A DNA stretch of 64,000 bases from Stegostoma tigrinum. Its lineage: Eukaryota. A model generated the notes under the pieces. That model saw only the letters and a program-made list of their open reading frames with translations, was not told where the DNA came from and did no database searches. The stretch is from contig NC_081376.1 of NCBI RefSeq assembly GCF_030684315.1, forward strand, positions 46,432,182 through 46,496,181, given 5' to 3'. The position numbers and the translations under genes are program-made. Of the stretch, positions 55,233 to 64,000 are shown piece by piece (position 1 is the stretch's first letter; every line of letters starts with the position of its first letter).

Positions 55233-56048
55233 CGCTTTGCTATATTTTGCAAGGGCAGCAAGTTATAACTTCCCATTAAATTTCTCACATGTTTATGCGC
55301 TTTCACCTTAGCCACCCAAAAATACACACTTGTGAATCTACATTGAGATGTCATATGCATATTATATCTCATTTTAATTGCATATTCTAAATGAAATTAG
55401 ACTCTTTCTTTGGGGGTCACTTTTCATCTAATGACCAAAACAGCTAACAATTAACATTACAGTATAAATGTGCAGTCAGTGTCTCTGCAGTCTTCTGGAA
55501 TTCACTCTAGGTCATTGCTGTCTAGATCTTCTACCTGACTATTTTCACACCTGTGATTTTGACCAGTTGATCATCGTACGTGGTCGTGGAGGAACAATAG
55601 AGAGGAAAGACAGAAATTGGCGTTTCTGATCTTTACTGGGGCTTTTAATTAGCTTTACCAAGTTGTATTGGGCATGCAGTCCAAAGCCCTTTCCATTTTA
55701 CAGAAAAACATTTATAGTTTAAATCTGTTCTGTTCATTTTATATAACCTGGCTTACATAGCGTGTTCATTGCACGTAGGGACTTCATAAAAATTGTGGAT
55801 CAGTATTATGATTTTTTGTTAGATCACCTGAATAAGTTGATCTAGATTAAGTGTGATCTATTTGCAGTTCAGTTCAAGCTTCTACAGTTGTAACCCATTG
55901 ATGATAATGTCAGTTTGAGAAAGATACACCACATACAATAAAGTCTGTGTTGTGTTTGATATTCCATAGGGAACACTTTTCAAGTTGTTGAAATATGGCA
56001 TTAAATTCTCAAAGTGTACAATGATTGTATTTGTTTTTATTTGAACAG

Positions 56049-56253
56049 GACATGCAGGTGATGGGGGTGGAAGATGACAGTAGAGCTTTAAACATCATCA
56101 TTCATAAGCCTGCATCTAACCCTCATGCCAGGCCCTTCCCTATCCTCCAGGCTACATTCATCTTTGCTGATCACATCCGCTGCATCATTGCAAAACAGCG
56201 ATTAGCAAAGGGCCGTATTCAAGCACGACGTATGAAGATGCAAAGAATAGCAG
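56049..56253 (+). CDS. CLEC16A: CLEC16A internal coding exon (DMQVMGVEDDSRALNIIIHKP...RLAKGRIQARRMKMQRIA)
   Basis: Acceptor tttgaacag and donor gtaatt; 205 nt; within ORF 56025..56285; matches the conserved CLEC16A C-terminal region. Confidence 0.96.
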
Positions 56254-56626
56254 GTAATTATAATTTTCTCAGCGTGCTTTACTAGGTTGTTCATCCAGTA
56301 TTTCCAGCTTAACTGATGGAATTTTACTTAGAATTAATTAATTCTAATTTAGCCATAAAATGTTGCATTAATCTCTCCAAAACCCTATTTTAATCCACGA
56401 TCCTTGCGTAGGTTGTGGGATGAATTAAGCTTTTTAATTTAGGAAACAAGGTAATTAGTCACATACAAAGTCATTATCTATTAGCCTCGTGTTTTAATAG
56501 AATGCTTTTTGTGCAATAGTTGGTGCTACTGTAAATTTTTGGCAACTGAAATATACAGCAAAGGAAGTGATTTACATCTATGTAACATTGTTTATTAACT
56601 CAGCTCCCAAGAAACATTCTTACACA

Positions 56627-56896
56627 TAGCAGCGGGATGTTGATAATTTGCATTTAAAGTCCTGTAGAGGTTATATCAGATCTTATTAGGATAAAGAATT
56701 TTGATATCTAACACATTATTTTATTAGCAATAGGTGTTGTGTGTGCTGCCACCATTTCTTCCAAGCATGTGGATTCTTCAGGGGCTTTCCATGGTCAAGT
56801 GTTTATGTGGGTAGGAATCAATTAGTCTAATGAGAAAAGATGTGGAATAATTTTGATCAGTTAATTGCACCCTTATAACTATTTACAGGTTACAAG
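56627..56896 (+). repeat. Inverted repeat, left copy (partner 61002-61261)
   Basis: Read-out alignment: gataatttgcatttaaagtcctgtagaggttatatcagatctta...ccatggtcaagtgtttatgtgggtaggaatcaattagtc...ctatttacaggtta is the reverse complement of 61002-61261. Confidence 0.92.
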
Positions 56897-57235
56897 AATA
56901 GGATCTACATTACAAAAACTTCTGGGGAGCACCTAGCTTTGGGTGTCTACCACAATGTCCTACTTCTCATAACATAGCCACAGTGGGTGGTTATTTTCTT
57001 TCCAAATACAAATACTTGCCAAACTGCCCATTTAGCTCAGTGACTGGGAATTGTTAACACAATGATACGTTGCATTGTTTTGAAACAGTGGAATGAAAAA
57101 TATGCAATAAGTACAAAAGCATCTAAACTGAGAAGAGAGATAATGGGAACTGCAGATGCTGGAGATTCCAAGATAATAAAATGTGAGGCTGGATGAACAC
57201 AGCAGGCCAAGCAGCATCTCAGGAGCACAAAAGCT

Positions 57236-57263
57236 GACGTTTCAGGCCTAGACCCTTCATCAG
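57236..57263 (-). ncRNA. Minimal hammerhead ribozyme core (copy on the element's own sense strand)
   Basis: Reverse complement reads ctgatgaagggtctaggcctgaaacgtc; stem II is closed by a G-U pair. Confidence 0.6.
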
Positions 57264-57482
57264 AGAGGGGGATGGGGGGAGGGAACTGGAATAAATAGGG
57301 AGAGAGGGGGAGGCGGACCGAAGATGGAGAGTAGATAGGTGGAGAGAGTGTAGGTGGGGAGGTAGGGAGGGGATAGGTCAGTCCAGGGAAGACGGACAGG
57401 TCAAGGAGGTGGGATGAGGTTAGTAGGTAGCTGGGGGTGCGGCTTGGGGTGGGAGGAAGGGATGGGTGAGAGGAAGAACCGG

Positions 57483-58352
57483 TTAGGGAGGCAGAGACAG
57501 GTTGGCCTGGGTTTGGGATGCAGTGGGTGGGGGGGAAGAGCTGGGCTGGTTGTGTGGTGCAGTGGGGGGAGGGGATGAACTGGGCTGGTTCAGGGATGCA
57601 GTAGGGGAAGGGGAGATTTTGAAACTGGTGAAGTCCACATTGATACCATATGGCTGCAGGGTTCCCAGGCGGAATATGAGTTGCTGTTCCTGCAACCTTC
57701 GGGTGGCATCATTGTGGCAGTGCAGGAGGCCCATGATGGACATGTCATCAAGAGAATGGGAGGGGGAGTGGAAATGGTTTGCGACTGGGAGGTGCAGTTG
57801 TTTGTTGCGAACTGAGCGGAGGTGTTCTGCAAAGCGGTCCCCAAGCCTCCGCTTGGTTTCCCCAATGTAGAGGAAGCCGCACCGGGTACAGTGGATGCAG
57901 TATACCACATTGGCAGATGTGCAGGTGAACCTCTGCTTAATGTGGAATATCATCTTGGGGCCTGGGATGGGGGTGAGGGAGGAGGTGTGGGGACAAGTGT
58001 AGCATTTCCTGCGGTTGCAGGGGAAGGTGCCGGGTGTGGTGGGGTTGGAGGGCAGTGTGGAGCGAACAAGGGAGTCACGGAGAGAGTGGTCTCTCCGGAA
58101 AGCAGACAGGGAAGGGGATGGAAAAATGTCTTGGGTGGTGGGGTCGGATTGTAAATGGCGGAAGTGTCGGAGGATAATGCGTTGTATCCGGAGGTTGGTA
58201 GGGTGGTGTGTGAGAACGAGGGGGATCCTCTTGGGGCGGTTGTGGCGGGGGCGGGGTGTGAGGGATGTGTCGTGGGAAATGCGGGAGACGCGGTCAAGGG
58301 CGTTCTCGATCACCGTGGGGGGAAAGTTGCGGTCCTTAAAGAACTTGGACAT
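57483..58352 (-). pseudogene. Penelope-like RT-thumb/GIY-YIG endonuclease ORF fragment (289 aa)
   Basis: From the ORF track: VVY...YIG motif with Cys/His zinc ligands. The RT core is missing and there is an in-frame TAA just upstream. Confidence 0.85.
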
Positions 58353-58494
58353 CTGGGATGTGCGGGAGTGGAATGTCTTATCGTGGGAGCAGATGCGGCG
58401 GAGGCGGAGGAATTGGGAATAGGGGATGGAATTTTAGCAGGAGGGTGGGTGGGAGGAGGTGTATTCTAGGTGGCTGTGGGAGTCAGTGGGCTTG

Positions 58495-59049
58495 ACACCC
58501 GGCACCTTCCCCTGCAACCGCAGGAAATGCTACACTTGTCCCCACACCTCCTCCCTCACCCCCATCCCAGGCCCCAAGATGACATTCCACATTAAGCAGA
58601 GGTTCACCTGCACATCTGCCAATGTGGTATACTGCATCCACTGTACCCGGTGCGGCTTCCTCTACATTGGGGAAACCAAGCGGAGGCTTGGGGACCGCTT
58701 TGCAGAACACCTCCGCTCAGTTCGCAACAAACAACTGCACCTCCCAGTCGCAAACCATTTCCACTCCCCCTCCCATTCTCTTGATGACATGTCCATCATG
58801 GGCCTCCTGCACTGCCACAATGATGCCACCCGAAGGTTGCAGGAACAGCAACTCATATTCCGCCTGGGAACCCTGCAGCCATATGGTATCAATGTGGACT
58901 TCACCAGTTTCAAAATCTCCCCTTCCCCTACTGCATCCCTAAACCAGCCCAGTTCATCCCCTCCCCCCACTGCACCACACAACCAGCCCAGCTCTTCCCC
59001 CCCACCCACTGCATCCCAAAACCAGTCCAACCTGTCTCTGCCTCCCTAA
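58495..59049 (+). pseudogene. Inverted duplicate of the GIY-YIG endonuclease coding segment
   Basis: ORF 58459..59049 is nearly identical to the C-terminal part of 57483..58352 (e.g. KMTFH vs KMIFH). Confidence 0.85.
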
Positions 59050-59273
59050 CCGGTTCTTCCTCTCACCCATCCCTTCCTCCCACCCCAAGCCGCACCCCCA
59101 GCTACCTACTAACCTCATCCCACCTCCTTGACCTGTCCGTCTTCCCTGGACTGACCTATCCCCTCCCTACCTCCCCACCTACACTCTCTCCACCTATCTT
59201 CTTTACTCTCCATCTTCGGTCCGCCTCCCCCTCTCTCCCTATTTATTCCAGTTCCCTCCCCCCATCCCCCTCT

Positions 59274-59301
59274 CTGATGAAGGGTCTAGGCCCGAAACGT
59301 C
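59274..59301 (+). ncRNA. Minimal type I hammerhead ribozyme core in PLE terminal repeat
   Basis: CUGAUGA-A-GGG(UCUAGG)CCC-GAAA-CG-UC: conserved core, stem II, palindromic ACGU stem III, GUC cleavage triplet. Stem I is only about 2 bp locally. Confidence 0.7.
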
Positions 59302-59394
59302 AGCTTTTGTGCTCCTGAGATGCTGCTTGGCCTGCTGTGTTCATCCAGCCTCACATTTTATTAAACTGAGAAGATACTGCATATTATCTTACAA

Positions 59395-59603
59395 TAATAT
59401 GGTGTAGAGCTGGATGAACACAGCAGGCCAAGCCGCATCAGAGGAGCAGGAAAGCTGATGTTTTGGGTTGGGATCCTTCTTCAGAAAAATGGTCCTAATC
59501 CGAAACATCAGCTTTCCTGCTGCTCTGCTGCCTGGCCTGCTGTGTTCCTCCAGCTCCACACCTTGTTATCTCAGACTCCAGCATCTGCAATTCCTACTGT
59601 CTC
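59395..59603. mobile_element. Older palindromic PLE-derived element next to the large fold-back
   Basis: Arms ggtgtagagctggatgaacacagcaggcc and ggcctgctgtgttcctccagctccacacc, plus tail. Confidence 0.75.
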
Positions 59604-61001
59604 TGCATAATGTCTTTGTCTATCTATACTAGATAGTAGTTTGCGTCTGTAATTACATGGATCTGGATTGGCAGAGGGGACCTATGTGAAAAAGACACTG
59701 CCCCAGGCCACATGTGATTTCTGCCTGTCACAAGTGATTTTTGACTGTGGTCAGTCCAACTTTACAATATTTTAGCATTGGTGATACTGGAATAACCATT
59801 TCTTCAGATTCAATTGGGGTTAGCACATGTTATTTTCAAATAAACATGAACTGGAAGTATCCATGTGAATTTCATGTACTTCAGAAATTTTAAAAATCCT
59901 CAATGCAAGTTTTTGTTTAATAATTTGAGAATCCTCAAATGCCGCCCTTGGAACTTGACTGGAAGTACAAAGTAATACATCCACCCAGTTGTGTTTCAGT
60001 ATACTCTTTGGTGGTTATAACCAGATTTGTTGGTGTGACCACAGTTTATAGTTGAAGAAAGCTTATAAAGAAATACACACCTTTTCCTTATGTAACCATT
60101 GTGAATTACAGTTCCACATGTAAAATAGCTTGACGTATTTAACGTGTTTTCAATTTTTTTATCTATTATTGTGAATGAGATAGTCTTTCGCACTTCTGTT
60201 CTGCTCGTTTCCACATTAAATTTCAAATGTTGCATAGGAACATAGCAAAATTCTAGATGATGTTATAGCAGTATTGGCTTCAATTCCTCAATTTGCACTT
60301 GTAAATTCATTCAGTTAATCCTTAGTTATTCAAGATCAAGTTACTTATGTTGAAATAAGTTGTACAGGCAATTGTATGCATTTGTTTTATTGACTAGAAA
60401 GAATGAAATAAAATAAAAAACTGAAACTCACAAAGAAACAGCCCTCTTACAACATGACCTGCTGTTCCAAACAAATACTTTGTACCAATTTCACAAAAGA
60501 CCCATTAGTCACTTCTAAGAAACATTTCAGTTTTGATTGTCATAACTATCTGACATGTCCATTACTGTTGAAGTAGAACTGACTATAGCAGAAAAGTCTA
60601 ATTGCTTTAAAACCATATTTAGAAGTAGTATTAGACAATTGTTATTTAACTAGGAAAATTAATTTTTAAAAAACTCTTGCGTAGCAAATTGCTACGAGAA
60701 GAGGCATTATTTTGGCACCAGGCTACAGGCTAGTGTGGTCTAGTCTAGAATCAAAGGACATGGTAGCTTGCTTTTCTGCTTCAAAGGTATGGATTGTGAG
60801 GTGGGTGTGATCAAGAGGGACAGGTAGGGCTGTCTATGGCTTTCACTGACCAATCATCACCTGCTTTTCAAGTTTCCTCAATTGTTAATTGGCCACTTAA
60901 GGTCTCAGTTGGAGAAGTGGGAAGTTGAAGCTTGGGTTTTAATTCCTGTGGTGGCAGAAAAAGAGAATGTGCCTCTTTGATGCCAGTCCACACGCTTTTG
61001 A

Positions 61002-61261
61002 CTTATAACCTGTAAATAGTTACAGGGTTGTAATTAACTGATTAAAATTATTCCACGTCTTTTCTCATTCGACTAATTGATTCCTACCCACATAAACACT
61101 TGACCATGGACAGCCCCACATGCTTGGAAGAAATGGTGGCAGCACACACGACACCTATTGCTAATAAAATAATGTGCTGGATATCAAAATTCTTTATCCT
61201 AGTAAGATCTGATATAACCTCTACAGGACTTTAAATGCAAATTATCAAAATCTCGTTGCTA
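61002..61261 (-). repeat. Inverted repeat, right copy (partner 56627-56896)
   Basis: Same alignment; scattered substitutions and one indel of about 10 nt. Confidence 0.92.
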
Positions 61262-62252
61262 CATGCTGCCAGATCTCCTGAGCTTGTCCAGCAACTTCTG
61301 TTTTTGTTCCTGATTTGCAGCATCCGCAGTTCTTTCAGTTTTTATACAGAATTCCCCCTAGTCCTCTGCATCCAGTGTATCATTCTCTGCCACCTTCTAC
61401 CAATTACAATCTGACCCCACAACCAAAAAGATACTTCTCTCCCAACCCCAATCTGCCTTTTGTAAGGACTGCTCACTCCACGACTCCCTTGTCCACTCCA
61501 CACCCCCCCCCCCCCAAACACCCGACACCCTTCCGTGCAACCGCAGGAAGTGCCACATTTGCCTGTACATCTCTTCTGACCACCACCGCCCCTCCCCTCC
61601 AAAGTAAGGCTTTCATATCTGACAGGGGTTTCCCTGTACATCCACCAACTTGGTCTACTATATCCATTGCTCCCAGTATGGTCTCCTGCCCATTGGTGAG
61701 ACCAAGTGTAGACTCAGAGACCATTTTGTCGAGGACCTGCACTCTGTACGTGACAAATGACAACACTTACCAGTTGCCAACCATTTTAACTCCCCCTCCC
61801 ACTCCCTGGGTGACATATCCATCCTGGGCCACCTCTAGTGTCACAATGACACCGTTCATAAACTGGAGGAGCACATTCTGCCTTGGGAGCCTACATTCCA
61901 ATGACATCAATGCAGAATTCACCAGTTTCAAAATCTCCCCTCCCCCAGCCTCATCCCACGTCCAACCCTCCTTCATCCCTCCCTCCCTCATCCCTGCCTC
62001 CTTGACCTGCCACAGCCTGTCCATCTTCTCTCCCACTTATCCACCCCTTCCCACTGACTAATCCCAACCACTGTCTATCTGCATTCACCTATCACCAATC
62101 CACCTACCTTCCCAGCCCCACTCCTCCTCTCTATTTCCCAGCTCTCTTTTCCCTTCCCATTTCTGAAGAAGGGTCCCAACTCAAAACGTCAACTTTCCTG
62201 CATCTCTGCTGTCTGGCTTGCTGTGTTCCTCCAGTTCCACATTATTGTTTCA
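61262..62252 (+). mobile_element. Degenerate Penelope-like 3' fragment
   Basis: Frameshifted homology to the GIY-YIG region (ccttccgtgcaaccgcaggaagtgc; ...INAEFTSFKISPPP), C-rich UTR, and terminal ttctgaagaagggtcccaactcaaaacgtc. Confidence 0.8.
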
Positions 62253-64000
62253 GTTCTTCACGCTCTGTGCCGTTAACTGAAACTTATGGAACAATTGCTT
62301 GAAATCACTAATTGCAATCAAAAGGCAGAAATGCATTCCTTGTAATGGAACTAGCATAAGTTTCTAGTTCACATTGTTGTTTTCATCACATTCTTTATGA
62401 TGAATATATAGTCCACTTGTTTGTATTCAGGAATGCGACTTTGCCACTAGCTGCTAGAAACAAAAATTCCCTCCCCACGTCAGTTCCATTCCAGACAGCC
62501 AGTTTTGAAATATTTTTACATGGCAAGCAACTTTGAGGTAATTCTGGTGACTGAATAAAGTTTTTGCAATGCATTAAATAAACTACGTTAAATAAACAGG
62601 AGAGATGCAAATAAATGACGCACTTACTCAAATATCTGGAACCCCTCATTCATACAAGTGACTGTGCTTAATTTGCTTTTAAAGTTGACCTATCTCAATT
62701 ATACTAGCAATGCCTGTGAAATGGTGCAGTTTGACAGTTTTGAAACTGGATTTACACTTAAAGTTTTGAGCAGTTTTCTGAATGTTACAAGGATTCTTGT
62801 AGCTTATGGAAGGCTGATGAAAGATAATATTGTCTTAAAATTGTCGAAGTGAACACTGTCATTTTTGTGAGCTTGTCTTTAAAATTCACATCTGTAATGT
62901 CACATTTTCTTGTTTCAGATTAGTTAAGGCCCTGTCCTTATCTGTTTTACGTGTGGTTATTTTCTCCTTTCTAAATTATCAATCTGTTTAAGGAAAACCT
63001 GAACCAAACAAGGTCAGGATTAGAAACTCCACTCACCAATTCCCCCAACTTAGATGTGCAGTTTTTGTCACTTCAGGCATTTATCCAAATTCCTTTTAAA
63101 AGCCACAAAAGAATCTGCCTCCTCCACATGCCCTGGTCATGTTTTTTTAAGGTCCTAGCTCTGTCTTTCACTGTGTCTATCCAGGCGCCTCTTGATTTTG
63201 AATACTTATATCTGCTCTCAACCTTCTGTCTATTGATCTCAATCCCAGTTTCTCTGATCCACCCAGAAGTGTCTCATGTCTGGAATTAAACAATGTATCA
63301 TTCTGCAAAATGCAAATCAACAGCTTTTAGAAACTGGACAGAATTCAGGTTGGTTATAATGTGGAGCAAGAAATTCTGAAATATATTTACATGCATACAG
63401 TAAATGTGTCAGGGAAGTGCCAGTTAAGATTAACTCAGTATCTTGGAAACTGCAGGTGATCCCAGGTTCTTGGTTGCAATCCCATCTGTTTTTCTGTTCA
63501 TTACATGAAGGCCATGCTTGCCTTCACCCTGAGAGCTGACCCCTTCCAGCGGCCACCATTGTGGACTGACTACCCCTGTGAATGCTCCTTTCAAATGCTG
63601 GTCCTGGATTTCTGCATTAACCTGTGCCTCATATTAATCTCAATTCCTCCTCACACTCTTCCCACAGAGTTACTTCAGATGACCTTGAGCTAGAATCCAG
63701 CCTTGCCCTGGCTTCAAGCTACAGTCCACCCTCAGACATATTTTCAAATCACACTGGTCAGAAATGTTAGTACATACCTCAGGAGCAGATGTGGCGTGAA
63801 CCTGGGTCTGCTCACTCAGAGGTAGGGACATTACCATTGCACCAGGAGGCCTAGTGGTATTACCACTGGACTGTTAATCCAGAGACCCACAACTTTCTGG
63901 GAACCCTGGCTCAAATCCCGCCACGGTAGATGGTGGAGTTGGAATTCAATAAAAATATTTGAAACTAAGAATCTAATGATAACCAAAAATCCATTGCTGA

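Larger units (their letters stand above)
57137..59361 (-). mobile_element. Penelope-like retroelement (GIY-YIG, Neptune-like), 5'-truncated with an inverted 3' duplicate
   Basis: The minus-strand frame reads KPTDSHSHLEYTSSHPPSC*NSIPYSQFLRLRRICS (PLE RT thumb), then CNRRKCYTC linker, then NVVYCIHCTRCGFLYIGETKRRLGDRFAEH (GIY-YIG). Inverted arms at about 57174-58037 and 58495-59363. TSD taaactgagaaga at 57124-57136 and 59362-59374. Confidence 0.93.

Noticed and set aside
57502-59030. Several overlapping 100-135-aa ORFs in alternative frames
   Set aside because: Shadow ORFs of the GC-rich Penelope sequence, duplicated by the inversion.
1060-62252. Recurrent ~30-bp partly palindromic motif (gctggatgaacacagcaggccaagcagc) as a possible CRISPR-like repeat
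   Set aside because: Copies are dispersed, diverged, in both orientations and embedded in PLE termini. There are no regular spacers and no cas genes, and the context is eukaryotic.
56254-64000. Next CLEC16A exon (expected to start ALLDLP-like)
   Set aside because: No matching acceptor and peptide found; it probably lies beyond the window.

Overview
This is vertebrate genomic DNA, not prokaryotic. The repeat content (HE1-type V-SINEs, CR1-like LINEs, abundant Penelope-derived elements) points to a shark or other cartilaginous fish; the species is not established. The only host gene I can support is CLEC16A on the + strand. Six internal coding exons (4652-4696, 18415-18465, 22119-22247, 24300-24420, 53961-54112, 56049-56253) have canonical AG/GT ends and splice in frame. 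Everything else is intron packed with mobile DNA: decayed CR1-like LINEs, tRNA-derived SINEs, a deleted Gypsy-like element, a Tigger/pogo-like DNA transposon and many Penelope-like (PLE) elements. The most notable structure is the PLE system. It includes a young 2.2-kb fold-back GIY-YIG element with a 13-bp target duplication and a ~37-nt unpaired tail, plus more than ten short palindromic derivatives, many with 10-16-bp target duplications. Their termini carry minimal hammerhead ribozyme cores, in at least two and possibly three sequence families. A ~265-bp inverted duplication of apparently unique intronic DNA brackets the large fold-back. Exon and TSD coordinates were read base by base; boundaries of old repeats are approximate.
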